Virus record (IMG/VR): IMGVR_UViG_3300035135_002062 | DNA from: an uncultured virus (IMG/VR IMGVR_UViG_3300035135_002062) | Lineage: Duplodnaviria; Heunggongvirae; Uroviricota; Caudoviricetes | DNA length: 64,000 bases | Direction: 5' to 3' (one strand) | Position numbers and translations under genes: made by a program | The notes under the pieces: generated by a model | What the model saw: the letters and a program-made list of their open reading frames with translations, nothing else | What the model was told of the DNA's origin: nothing | Databases searched by the model: none | Part shown: piece by piece, positions 10,181 through 19,769 of the stretch | Layout of the letters: each line of letters opens with the position of its first letter | Position numbering within the stretch: the stretch's first letter is position 1

Positions 10181-11163
10181 TGAAAATTTATATCAACGAA
10201 GAAGATAAAAAATATATGGAGGAGTGCCTTGCCAGTGGTGAGGTTCTTCAAGAAGATCTTGGGCGTTGGTTCAAAGAAAAGTGGGTAGACGTATCACGAA
10301 AAGTAGATGGTAAACACCCACCTTGTGGTCGTAAAGATGCGGACGGAGATAAAAAAAGAAAGGGTTATCCTAAATGTAGACCCTCTAAAAAAGTAAGTAA
10401 AAAAACACCTAAAACATCAGGTTCATACACAAAGAAAGAAAAGAAATCAATGACACGTCAAAAAAGACGTAAAGAAAGAAAGAGTAATAAAAGAGGTAAA
10501 GGTAGAACACCAAACTTCGCAAGATTCGATGAGAATAGAATCATCTCATTGGTTTTCAATAACTTAGACCAACAAAAATTAGATTTACAACAACCAAAAT
10601 TAAACTTAGTAAACGAATCTAAAGTATTAAGTGAAGGTTTACAGTACCACATAAAGAATAACCTACCAATCGTCGAGAACGTGTATAGGATCTATTCTAA
10701 CGAATTCTTTAACATTTATAATGAAGTACGTCAGTTAGTAGAAGATAACGTCTTAGAAGTCTCAGGAATCGATTTAGACTTAATTAAGACTGATATCGGA
10801 AAGACAGGTCTATATGAAGGTGAAGAGGTTTATTTAGACATTCCATTTATTGAAGATCAGGATGAACATTTACTTGAGGCGAAACACAGAGGTAGAAATG
10901 TCAAATTAAATAAACCGTTCAGAACACCTGGTGGTCCTAAGAAATTTGCGGTATATGTTAAAACACCTAAAGGAACTATTAAAAAGGTGACTTTTGGTGA
11001 TCCAAACTTAAAAGTTAGGAACAATAATAAAGCCGCAGCAAAATCATTTAGAGCGAGACACAACTGTAAAGACAAGAAAGACCGTACCAAGGCGGGATAT
11101 TGGAGTTGTAATATCGCAAGATACAGAAAAGCATTAGGTATCAAATCTTCTAATCCTTGGTAA
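10180..11163 (+). CDS. modular basic hypothetical virion protein (DUF6321-like C-terminus)
   Basis: DLGRWFKEKWVD...PPCGR...YPKCRP module and LNKPFRTPGGPKKFAVYV...SFRARHNC...YWSC module, separated by L-x-E sites. Confidence 0.55.
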   Translation: MKIYINEEDKKYMEECLASGEVLQEDLGRWFKEKWVDVSRKVDGKHPPCGRKDADGDKKRKGYPKCRPSKKVSKKTPKTSGSYTKKEKKSMTRQKRRKERKSNKRGKGRTPNFARFDENRIISLVFNNLDQQKLDLQQPKLNLVNESKVLSEGLQYHIKNNLPIVENVYRIYSNEFFNIYNEVRQLVEDNVLEVSGIDLDLIKTDIGKTGLYEGEEVYLDIPFIEDQDEHLLEAKHRGRNVKLNKPFRTPGGPKKFAVYVKTPKGTIKKVTFGDPNLKVRNNNKAAAKSFRARHNCKDKKDRTKAGYWSCNIARYRKALGIKSSNPW

Positions 11164-11164
11164 T

Positions 11165-11629
11165 ATGAAATTATTTAACTTAGTATCAGAGTATTATGAT
11201 CCGCCTGAATATCCCGATCCTGATAGAGAAGGATTCAGGGACTCAAGTTTGGATGACGTTGATAATATCTTTACCTTTCTTGGTAGAGATGAACAATGGG
11301 GGTGGACAGTTTTAAAACTTGATCACACTGAAAGGTTGTTTCTTTGTATTGATGATGAAATAGATGAGGATTATTATTACGGTCAATATTATTCAGATGG
11401 TTACAACGATGATTACGATGAATTGGTTCAAATGAGTTATGAAGTGTACTGTTCTGTAAGATATCAAGCAGGGGAAATATCTAAAGACATTGATAGTTAC
11501 GAAGATGATAAAGGTCCCTTAGAGATAACAAATAACTCTCTGAGAGAAATGTACATATATGATAAAGACATGTATGTGAGAGTTATTAAAATATTAAAAG
11601 ATTATAATTCAAAGAAGATAAAAAAATAG
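11165..11629 (+). CDS. acidic hypothetical protein
   Basis: 154-aa ORF in operon. Confidence 0.7.
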   Translation: MKLFNLVSEYYDPPEYPDPDREGFRDSSLDDVDNIFTFLGRDEQWGWTVLKLDHTERLFLCIDDEIDEDYYYGQYYSDGYNDDYDELVQMSYEVYCSVRYQAGEISKDIDSYEDDKGPLEITNNSLREMYIYDKDMYVRVIKILKDYNSKKIKK

Positions 11630-11633
11630 AATT

Positions 11634-11951
11634 ATGGGGTTTAATAAAAAATTACCATTTAGGGAAATACTGTCTGATAACTACAGTACACGAATATTTT
11701 CAGAAAACACAAAAGAAACTGAATTAAAGTGGCACTTCGATAATGAAGACCGCGAAATAACTTTCTTACATGATAGTGATTGGAAATTCCAAATGGACAA
11801 TGATTTACCAATTGAAATTACAAAAGGGTTAAAGTTATTTATCCCTGAAGGGGAATACCATAGGATTCTCAAAGGAACAGGTGATTTGAAAGTTAGAGTA
11901 CGAAAACTTAATAAAACTCGACTTCTACCCCACACTCCGAAAGTAAAATAA
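11634..11951 (+). CDS. cupin-domain protein
   Basis: LKWHFDNEDRE...FIPEGEYHRILKG cupin metal-binding motifs. Confidence 0.7.
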   Translation: MGFNKKLPFREILSDNYSTRIFSENTKETELKWHFDNEDREITFLHDSDWKFQMDNDLPIEITKGLKLFIPEGEYHRILKGTGDLKVRVRKLNKTRLLPHTPKVK

Positions 11952-12348
11952 GAGACCTTTCTTGATTTTCTTTCCACTTACTAGGATTCTTAGTGGTACA
12001 ATATTCCTTACAAACTATTTTAGTTACCCCTGATTGTACTAAAGCACGTGCACAATCCATACAAGGTAATCCTGATGTGAGATATGCTGTTGATCTTTTT
12101 AGAGACACCCCAATTCTTGCTGCGTTATAGATTGCGTTTCTCTCCGCATGTTCAAACCAATAATATTTCTCGGGTCTTTCTTGTCTTGTTGTATCATGAT
12201 CATTTAAACCTCTTGGAAACGAATTATAACCCGTTGTAAGGATTTCTTTGTCTTCCCCCACTATAACACAACCTATTTGTGTTTTAACGTCTTTAGACTT
12301 TTCCTTTACTTGTTCTGCAATACTGATAAAATATTCTTTCCACAACAT
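11908..12348 (-). CDS. dCMP deaminase
   Basis: TGYNSFPRG, HAERNAI, PCMDCA zinc-deaminase motifs; likely start MLWKEY at 12348. Confidence 0.92.
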   Translation of the reverse strand: MLWKEYFISIAEQVKEKSKDVKTQIGCVIVGEDKEILTTGYNSFPRGLNDHDTTRQERPEKYYWFEHAERNAIYNAARIGVSLKRSTAYLTSGLPCMDCARALVQSGVTKIVCKEYCTTKNPSKWKENQERSLILLSECGVEVEFY

Positions 12349-12375
12349 GTATAAAGTATACGAAAAATAAGGCAT

Positions 12376-12401
12376 AAAAAAAAGGGGACAATGTCCCCTT
12401 T
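12376..12401 (-). terminator. rho-independent terminator after the major capsid gene
   Basis: AAAGGGGAC-AAT-GTCCCCTTT hairpin followed by a U-run on the minus strand. Confidence 0.8.
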
Positions 12402-12431
12402 CTCTGTGTATATTGAATAATATAAGAAATA

Positions 12432-14135
12432 TTATCTTAAAGTATCCAAGTTGAATGTTTGTAAACCTTGTACATTAATTACACCAAAGTATCTGTTGTT
12501 AACCATTTTCTTAGCGTATCTGGTCATGATACCTTTGATTGGTGTAAAGTTGAATGGGTTATACATAGTTGGAGTAAGTTGTAAAGGTACATACGGTGCG
12601 TAAATGTAACCCGCGTCTAATAAAGACTTACCTTTGTGACCTACTAAAACTTTCCCTGCTGGGAAGTAAGGATCTCTATACACTTGATATCTACCTGCTA
12701 AAGTACCAACTTTCTCAATACCCATGTTGTACTGATCTTGTTCTGCACCTGCGTTAGATACGTGGAAGTACTCTAAGTCATCGAATACTGCAGAAACTTC
12801 TGAAGAAACAACGATCCAGTTAGCACCACCTCTAAGTGTAGTTTTATGGATTTGAGCCGATAATTGGTTAATCTTAGTGATTAACGTTTGGTTCCAATCC
12901 TTTTGAGTGTAACCTTGTAATGTAGCGTTGTTCGCTCCACCATATTTCCACTCATTGTAGTCCCACTTCAAGTTCCAAGCTGCACCTTTTCTTAAGTCTC
13001 TTAAGATCTCTCTATCAACCTCAGCCGCGATTTGCTCAGATAACAATGCAGTTAACTCAGCCTCAGCGTCGATGTTGTGGAAAGCAGATACGTCTTGTGC
13101 CAATTCAGGAGACCAGCTAGCTCTTAATTTTCTTTCAGTTACAGAAACTGTTACTGACTCTAAATCAAAAGATACCTCACCGATAGCGTCTTCGAATTCA
13201 AGTGAACTATACTGTCTGTACACTAAATCGTAGTCACCAGGAGTTTTACCTGATCCACCATCTGCGAAACCTGAACTTGCAGAATAAGTCTGTAAGTCTA
13301 CGTTAATATAAATTTTACCTTCTTCATCACAGATGTCAGGGAATTTACCTGTAACACCTGTTCCTTTTTGTCCGTACTCAACGATACCTTTACCGTATTT
13401 TTGAGTTACAATGTTAAAAGGTAATGAATCAGATCCGTCTTTAACTTCTAATGAAGCTAAGAATTCTTCAGAGTCCATTTCGTTACCGTTAGGACCTGCG
13501 ATTTTACCTTGACCTGCTTTAGTGAAACCAGTTGCAACGATAATTACACTTGCTTGGTTAGCCGCTAATGCTACAGTTGATTCAGTTGCGATACCGTCAG
13601 CGAATGTAACAAACGCGTGTGCAGTTAAAGTAATTTCACTGAATTCACCTTTTGAGTAGTCAAATAATCCTTCAGAAGCCGCGTCACCTTCTTCGTAGAA
13701 TCTATCGTAAAGGTTTCTTTGGTTTGCTCCGTAACCTGCGTCAGACGCATCTGCGTTACCTGGCATCCCGTATGGCTCTCTGTGTGCTCCAGAATTTCTA
13801 TCCTGAATTTTAGGTACAAAGTAGAATAGTTTACCAATTGGTAAGTTCATAGCTTGTACAGAAACAATGTCGTTCGCTAACAATTTAGAGAATACTCTTC
13901 TAATGATTGGGAATACTACAGTTTCAAATGACCCAGATGCGTCAGATACTGCAGCTTCGTTAATCAAGTGTGAAGCTTGGTTCTCATATAATTGAGCGAT
14001 ATTGTCTTTTTGGTGTCCTTCAAGTCCTTCCAAGAACCCGAGGTCATCCCATTTTTTGATGGTATCTTCTTTGATAACTCTAAGGTGTTTTAACCCGATG
14101 TTACCAACCATACCACTTTCTAATAATGCTCCCAT
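12432..14135 (-). CDS. major capsid protein, T4 gp23-like
   Basis: PIIRRVF, VSVQAM, RKLRASWSPELAQD, DAEAELTALLSEQIAAEVDREI, YAPYVPL, GIMTRYA. Confidence 0.97.
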   Translation of the reverse strand: MGALLESGMVGNIGLKHLRVIKEDTIKKWDDLGFLEGLEGHQKDNIAQLYENQASHLINEAAVSDASGSFETVVFPIIRRVFSKLLANDIVSVQAMNLPIGKLFYFVPKIQDRNSGAHREPYGMPGNADASDAGYGANQRNLYDRFYEEGDAASEGLFDYSKGEFSEITLTAHAFVTFADGIATESTVALAANQASVIIVATGFTKAGQGKIAGPNGNEMDSEEFLASLEVKDGSDSLPFNIVTQKYGKGIVEYGQKGTGVTGKFPDICDEEGKIYINVDLQTYSASSGFADGGSGKTPGDYDLVYRQYSSLEFEDAIGEVSFDLESVTVSVTERKLRASWSPELAQDVSAFHNIDAEAELTALLSEQIAAEVDREILRDLRKGAAWNLKWDYNEWKYGGANNATLQGYTQKDWNQTLITKINQLSAQIHKTTLRGGANWIVVSSEVSAVFDDLEYFHVSNAGAEQDQYNMGIEKVGTLAGRYQVYRDPYFPAGKVLVGHKGKSLLDAGYIYAPYVPLQLTPTMYNPFNFTPIKGIMTRYAKKMVNNRYFGVINVQGLQTFNLDTLR

Positions 14136-14165
14136 TTTTAAATTGAGTTTTTTAGTTTTTATTTA

Positions 14166-15584
14166 TTATTTTAATTTTGACATTAAATCTTTCATTCTCT
14201 TGAATTGAGGACTTTCGTAAGCCTTTGTTTCTGAAAGTACTTCTTGAGATGAAGACGTTGTCGGGGTTGAAGAAATTTTCTCGACCACAGATTCTGTAAC
14301 GTTCTTCGAAGAATCCAATTCTGTTTTAATTGTTTTGTATGTACTCTTCGATTCTGTTAAAGATGTTACTGCGTCAAACCTCTTCAAAATGTTTAATTTC
14401 TCTTGACGAGTAGTAGAATGTTCAGTGAACAATCTCGTAGCGAACGCTAAATTAGCGTTGAATACAGCGACCTCGTTTAGTTTATCTTTAAATAGGACTA
14501 ACGCTTTCTTATATTCTGCGTTTTGTTTCTTTAAAGTTTCAACTTCCTCGTTGATAGCGCCTGCCTTGTATTTAGTTTTACCTTTAATACCCGCTCTGTT
14601 GGCACCACCTTTATCACCGTGAACGTTAGATTTTGTTCTTGCTGCCTCACCTACTTCTTCTTCATGAGACTCTTCCTCTTCAGAGACTTCTTCTTCAGAT
14701 ACCTCTTCTTCGGAAACTTCTTCAGCTACCTCTTCGTTAGTTTCTTCGGATACTTCCTCAGATACTTCTTCTTCAGCAACCTCTTCTTCTGAGACTTCCT
14801 CTTCGTCTATATTATCTAACTCGATTTCATATACAGTGTCATCACCTTCTGAAACTTCTTCTTCAGATACTTCCTCTTCAGCAACTTCTTCGTTAGTTTC
14901 TTCGGATACTTCCTCAGATACTTCTTCTTCAGCTACCTCTTCGTTAGTTTCTTCAGAGACCTCTTCATTAGTTTCTTCTGAAACCTCTTCTTCCATGTCA
15001 CCCTCACCATACTCGTGAGTGTCACCTTCGTTGGTTTCTTCATCGATGTCACCTTCTTCACTATCAAGTTTAATGATATATTCGTCGTCTCCGTCTTCTA
15101 ATTCGACGTTATCACCGTCCTTCTTAACAACAATTCCGTCCTCAGGTTTCATTGATTTGAATACCTTAAGAACTTCTTCGTCAGAAGCATCGGTCATATC
15201 TAAGACATCATCGTCACCTTCATCATCTAATGATGGTTCTTCTATGTCACCTTCACTATCGATATCATCGATGTCAAGATCACCTTCCACACCTTCATCA
15301 TCTAAATCAGGATCTTCTTCGTCAGATGGTTCGTCATTTATTGAAGCTTCGTCATCATTCCCTTCCTCGTCATCTAATTGTTCCGAGATTGGTATATCTT
15401 GTTCGTCTTCTGTAATAGGAGTTTCGTTACCCTCAACTACCTCTTCTTCCATGGTTTCTTTAAGCACTTCATTAAGTTCTTCCTTCATTGTTGAAGCAAG
15501 TATACCTTTTGCATTTTGCTTAACTGCCTCTTCAAGGTCTTGGACCTGAAGCAACGCTTGTTCTAAAATGGATTTTTTACTCAT
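14166..15584 (-). CDS. prohead core/scaffolding protein, gp22-like, highly acidic
   Basis: Lies between the protease and MCP genes; E/D-rich with EEVSEE repeats and a C-terminal coiled coil. Confidence 0.8.
   Translation of the reverse strand: MSKKSILEQALLQVQDLEEAVKQNAKGILASTMKEELNEVLKETMEEEVVEGNETPITEDEQDIPISEQLDDEEGNDDEASINDEPSDEEDPDLDDEGVEGDLDIDDIDSEGDIEEPSLDDEGDDDVLDMTDASDEEVLKVFKSMKPEDGIVVKKDGDNVELEDGDDEYIIKLDSEEGDIDEETNEGDTHEYGEGDMEEEVSEETNEEVSEETNEEVAEEEVSEEVSEETNEEVAEEEVSEEEVSEGDDTVYEIELDNIDEEEVSEEEVAEEEVSEEVSEETNEEVAEEVSEEEVSEEEVSEEEESHEEEVGEAARTKSNVHGDKGGANRAGIKGKTKYKAGAINEEVETLKKQNAEYKKALVLFKDKLNEVAVFNANLAFATRLFTEHSTTRQEKLNILKRFDAVTSLTESKSTYKTIKTELDSSKNVTESVVEKISSTPTTSSSQEVLSETKAYESPQFKRMKDLMSKLK
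14668..14992 (-). repeat. imperfect in-frame tandem repeats encoding EEVSEE/EEVAEE/ETNEE units
   Basis: Recurrent tcttcgttagtttcttc / gatacttcctcagatacttcttcttcagc units inside the scaffold gene. Confidence 0.85.
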
Positions 15585-15665
15585 TTGTTATAAAATGTTT
15601 ACTAATAAATACTTTGTATTTCAGAAAAATTACATTTCGTGATATGTGAATCACAGAAAAATTTA

Positions 15666-16349
15666 TCACCTAGATAGAAAACTATCTAACTTACCCATAA
15701 GTCTTGAGATTTTTTCATCTACAACAGGTTGTTCTTCAACAGATTCCTCATACTGATCTCTATCTTCTATGTCCTTAAATATGTATGCTCCTGGTGTAGA
15801 AGGAGAAGAAACTAAGTCAAAACAAACTAATTCAAAGTCTTCCTGTACTATGTTTTGACCTTTTTCTGATTTAAGTGATCCTACACCTCTTGAAGAGATA
15901 CCTAATGTTACCCCATTCATGAGTAACATCGCGGCCTGATCACCCTTTGTACTAACGATACCTGATTTTTTCCAACCTGGTGAAAGTAATAGTTTAATTT
16001 TTCCCATTAATATCTTACCGTCCCACCAAGTTTCTTCTATTGTGTGAGATACTCTATCTAAATCGATAAGTGATGATGAAGGGTGGTTTAGTTCATTTAA
16101 CGCAGAACCTTTACCAATAACAGTCTGATATTTTTCTACTTCTCTTTTAAGAAGTTTTTCAGGATATATTCTCCCGTTTTTATTTGGAGTATCGAATTTT
16201 TGTAGAACAGCGTAAAGTACAATATCATCTGAGAAATCAATACCTTTCATTTCTCTTATTACTTTCTTATTCTCTTCAGGTGATATATGACCTGCATCAT
16301 ATTCAATAAGAATACCTCTACCTGTTTCGTTTGGACCTAATACTTTCAT
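15666..16349 (-). CDS. prohead core protease, T4 gp21-like
   Basis: NKNGRIYP, ELNHP, VSH, GISSRGVGS, FDLVSSPS. Confidence 0.95.
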   Translation of the reverse strand: MKVLGPNETGRGILIEYDAGHISPEENKKVIREMKGIDFSDDIVLYAVLQKFDTPNKNGRIYPEKLLKREVEKYQTVIGKGSALNELNHPSSSLIDLDRVSHTIEETWWDGKILMGKIKLLLSPGWKKSGIVSTKGDQAAMLLMNGVTLGISSRGVGSLKSEKGQNIVQEDFELVCFDLVSSPSTPGAYIFKDIEDRDQYEESVEEQPVVDEKISRLMGKLDSFLSR

Positions 16350-16390
16350 GTATCAATAGTTTTATTACTATAAATACATCAATATCTAAC

Positions 16391-16816
16391 TTATTTTTTC
16401 TTTTTATTAAAATTAAATAATAAATCGTTGTCCAAACACTCATCAATGATCACTCTAATCAAAGAATTCATATCCTGTTTTAACTTGTCACTCTTAATAT
16501 CGATATCTTTTAGGACATATAAAGTTATTTCAAGATCCATAAAAGATCTCTTATCTTTACTAATTCCTTTTGTTCGGATATCTAAGTCAACGATACTCTC
16601 GGGTCTGAAGATATCAAACCCTAAATTGTATATAAGTTTTTTTATTTTATTTCTTGTAGATCTTACTATTGAATCGAAGTCTAAATCACTGTCTTCAGGT
16701 TCCAACCATGAATTAAGCTTCAAATAAATGGTTTTAAGATCTTTGTGGTTAATTGTTCCATAACCTATTTTTACGTCCCTGTAGTTACCTAATGGGATGA
16801 ATCTCCCTAATTTCAT
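16391..16816 (-). CDS. hypothetical protein
   Basis: 141-aa ORF with an upstream TTGATA-N17-TATTAT promoter-like element. Confidence 0.7.
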   Translation of the reverse strand: MKLGRFIPLGNYRDVKIGYGTINHKDLKTIYLKLNSWLEPEDSDLDFDSIVRSTRNKIKKLIYNLGFDIFRPESIVDLDIRTKGISKDKRSFMDLEITLYVLKDIDIKSDKLKQDMNSLIRVIIDECLDNDLLFNFNKKKK

Positions 16817-16914
16817 TATAATTGTCCATATTATTCTTTTTATGGTGTAATAAAATAATACGAAAAATAATTTACTATATCAAATTTTTCTAGTATATTT
16901 ATTAATATTCTAGT

Positions 16915-17112
16915 ATGTTAATAATAAAGGTTAAGAAAGATAAAGGTGGAATAGAAGCGGCGATAAAAAAACTCCGTAGTAAGGTTCGTCGCACAAAACA
17001 GTTAAATCAACTTAGGGAAAGAAAACAATACACAAAACCTTCAGTAAAGAAAAGACTACAAAAACAAAAAGCCATATACATTCAAAGAATAAGAACCGAA
17101 GAAGAAAAGTAA
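16915..17112 (+). CDS. rpsU: 30S ribosomal protein bS21
   Basis: IEAAIKKLRSKV...LRERKQYTKPSVKKR...KAIYIQ matches Bacteroidota-type S21. Confidence 0.92.
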   Translation: MLIIKVKKDKGGIEAAIKKLRSKVRRTKQLNQLRERKQYTKPSVKKRLQKQKAIYIQRIRTEEEK

Positions 17113-17142
17113 AAAAAAAGTGTCCGATTGGACACTTTATTT
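17111..17142. terminator. bidirectional terminator between bS21 and the convergent gene
   Basis: A-run, AAAGTGTCC-GATT-GGACACTTT hairpin, T-rich tail. Confidence 0.8.
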
Positions 17143-17144
17143 AT

Positions 17145-17888
17145 TTAGGAAAGACCTTGGGATAAATCCTCTAATCTAAATAGATTAAAACGATTAACTT
17201 CCATTTGATCTACTTCACTTTTGACTTGTTTAGATTTTTCGGTGAAATCTTTTTCGTTTTCGACCAACGTATCTAACTTATTATAAACCGATTCCTTTAG
17301 TTCAGAAAATTTTGTACTCAAGTCATCACCAGCCAAAGACATGTATGTCTTTAACCTCTCTTTTTCATTTTCTGTAAGTTTTTCATCATAAGACACATTA
17401 AAGTTATTTACTAACACAGAATTCAATAAATTTTCATTTACTGATTTAAATGTGAGTTTTTCAATGGTCTTTGGTGTTGTAAGGTGTTCAACTAATTTTT
17501 TCTTTGCTTTTACCTTGTGAGAGACATTACCTAATTTATCAGGATTTGAAAGTGTATCTAACCACTCATATAATTCGTTAGTTTCACACTCAACATCTTT
17601 TAGGTGTTCGTTAATATCAGATAGTAATCTCACATGAATTGTATCATTAACTTGATCGTATCTTGTTTTTAATATACTCGATATTTCATCTACGTAGATA
17701 GATGCGGTTTCTTTATCCTCAAAAGTCATTGTTTCGATTTCCTCATATAAAGAATATAGTTCTTTTAAAGAATCGTTATTCATTATAGGTTTGAATACAT
17801 TATTCAAATTCTCCTTAAAATTATCTCCACCGTAACTCTCAGTTAGTTTAACTAATATTTTACTTTTTATTGTTCCAAATGATGCCAT
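17145..17888 (-). CDS. hypothetical protein, probable head assembly protein
   Basis: 247-aa helical ORF directly downstream of the portal gene. Confidence 0.55.
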   Translation of the reverse strand: MASFGTIKSKILVKLTESYGGDNFKENLNNVFKPIMNNDSLKELYSLYEEIETMTFEDKETASIYVDEISSILKTRYDQVNDTIHVRLLSDINEHLKDVECETNELYEWLDTLSNPDKLGNVSHKVKAKKKLVEHLTTPKTIEKLTFKSVNENLLNSVLVNNFNVSYDEKLTENEKERLKTYMSLAGDDLSTKFSELKESVYNKLDTLVENEKDFTEKSKQVKSEVDQMEVNRFNLFRLEDLSQGLS

Positions 17889-17890
17889 AT

Positions 17891-19723
17891 CTACTCATTT
17901 ATAATGTCTTTTAATTTATTCTCTATTTCATAAATATTCTCTTGGGCCTTATTGACATCAAAAAGATCATCAAATTCGAGTTTTTCATCACCTAACTCTC
18001 CCAATATTTTACTTTTCTTACTCTTTTTACCTTCCGCTAAGGGTTCTGCATCTGCGGGTGGTGGTGGGGGTGCACTATCACTACCTCCTCCACCTAAGAA
18101 GTCGTCTCCTCCTCCACCTCCTTCTGCGGGTGCCATGTTATCATCCATCGCTTGTCTTTCTTCTTCAGGTATTCCATACTTTTTATCGACCTCATCAAAT
18201 ACACCTGTTCTTTTAATTATATTTTGTGTGATACCTAATTCTGCACCAAGTGCTCTTTCAAGTCTTTGTTGTTGTAAATCAAGTACAACATCATTATCAC
18301 TCATACCAAGTATATTTTTCTTAGCCCATGTATGTGATACAGGTTGTATTCCAATCTGTGATTGGTCCGAAGTAGCATCTTTATAAAGAGTAATCTTTTC
18401 TTTCCATTGTTCAATTCTAAGAAGATCAGATTGTGCGGAAGGATTAGTTAGTGATAATGTGAAATTATCTAATTCATCCTCCAAACCTAAAAGATATAAA
18501 TGAACTAATGCAATTTTATTTAATTCTTGTATTAGAGATTTTTGGATCCTATTAATTGTTCTGGCAAATCTTATATCCATTAATGCCAAACTCTTACCTT
18601 CACCCACAATTTCTTCAAAACCTAAAAACGCCTTTGGAATTCTAAGTGCGGCTAATAATTTCTTTTGGATATATTCAATATCTGCAATCTCACCTAAGTT
18701 CTGTGCCCCTGGTAGAGTTTCAATTGGTGAAGTTTGAGATGGATCTCTAACAGGAATAAAATAATCCTGGTCGACCGCCATTTGATTGTATCTCATATCT
18801 ACTTGACCATTTTTAGGGTCTACAATAGAATCTCTTTTAAATTTGTTTGCGATACGTTGTACATATGATTCGATGTCTTTATCATCCATGTTACCCACGA
18901 ATACTTTAAAGACTCTTCTTTCGGGTGCTCTTGACGTTCTATATATTAACATCGCGTCTTCTGCAAGAAGTAATTGTTTCCAAATACGTCTAACTTTATC
19001 TAACATTGATGTACCGTATGGTAATTTTCTATCGTCACCTAATAATCTAAAGTGTGCCACCTCCCATGCTTGGAACTCCATGTCTTTATTTTTCCATGTA
19101 AATCTAAGTTCTCTACTTGGTAACTTTACTCCACTTGGGTTTTCCGCCTTATGTACTTGTGATGCCGCACCTTCATGTCTTTCGATTTCTATATTTGGTA
19201 GTTGTTGACAACCAATAACTCCCTTACTTGGATCTATTTTCAAATAAACAAAGTTATCACCATACTTTGACGTACCTCTACACCACATTTGTAAGTTGGT
19301 ATTGATATCAAGAATATTATAAAATAAATCAGATAAGATGTTTTTTACTCTTTTTGATTCTGAGTAAATGGTCAATATTTCTCCTTTCTCTGATAGAGTT
19401 GTTGATTCCTCTGAGTATATGTCTAATGCGGCAGAAATTTCAGGAGTAAATTCCATTGATTCGTAATCATAATATGCGGCTAATCTATTTGGTTCATAAT
19501 AAACTGATTGATTATAAAGAGACTGATCTAATTTTGTCCACTTATCGGCAATATACTGACTCTGTTGCTGTTGCAACATCTCTCTTTCGTAGTCCTCTCT
19601 ACTATCAGTTTTTAAAAGTTTATCTCTATCAAATTTATACTGAGGAGGTGATGTCGGTCTTTCTGCCGTAAAACCGAATACTTTTGTAAGTCTTTGATAT
19701 ACTGTTAGATTTTGTTTAGCCAT
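17891..19723 (-). CDS. portal protein, T4 gp20-like
   Basis: PEISAALDIY, EDAMLIYRTSRAPERRVFKVFVGNM, DYFIPVR, IETLPGAQNLGEIADIEY. Confidence 0.96.
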   Translation of the reverse strand: MAKQNLTVYQRLTKVFGFTAERPTSPPQYKFDRDKLLKTDSREDYEREMLQQQQSQYIADKWTKLDQSLYNQSVYYEPNRLAAYYDYESMEFTPEISAALDIYSEESTTLSEKGEILTIYSESKRVKNILSDLFYNILDINTNLQMWCRGTSKYGDNFVYLKIDPSKGVIGCQQLPNIEIERHEGAASQVHKAENPSGVKLPSRELRFTWKNKDMEFQAWEVAHFRLLGDDRKLPYGTSMLDKVRRIWKQLLLAEDAMLIYRTSRAPERRVFKVFVGNMDDKDIESYVQRIANKFKRDSIVDPKNGQVDMRYNQMAVDQDYFIPVRDPSQTSPIETLPGAQNLGEIADIEYIQKKLLAALRIPKAFLGFEEIVGEGKSLALMDIRFARTINRIQKSLIQELNKIALVHLYLLGLEDELDNFTLSLTNPSAQSDLLRIEQWKEKITLYKDATSDQSQIGIQPVSHTWAKKNILGMSDNDVVLDLQQQRLERALGAELGITQNIIKRTGVFDEVDKKYGIPEEERQAMDDNMAPAEGGGGGDDFLGGGGSDSAPPPPPADAEPLAEGKKSKKSKILGELGDEKLEFDDLFDVNKAQENIYEIENKLKDIINE

Positions 19724-19727
19724 ACTA

Positions 19728-19734
19728 ATAAATA
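19728..19734 (-). promoter_or_regulatory. putative late promoter TATTTAT (representative; at least 20 copies upstream of genes)
   Basis: Coding-strand TATTTAT upstream of starts at 4329, 8334, 9722, 15584, 16349, 16915, 19723, 21557, 24954, 30000, 31891, 33245, 36811, 38325, 39991, 46240, 47212, 56491, 57003, 59602, 61559, 62906. Confidence 0.75.
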
Positions 19735-19769
19735 TTATACATTATAATATAAGAAATTTTTTTCAATTT

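Noticed and set aside
11908..11951. 44-nt convergent overlap of the cupin and dCMP deaminase genes
   Set aside because: Probably simple stop-codon drift; no further structure supports a regulatory role
14836..15549. Ser-rich plus-strand ORFs and a repeat array that could resemble CRISPR
   Set aside because: Antisense of Glu/Asp codons in the scaffold gene; repeats are in-frame with no unique spacers
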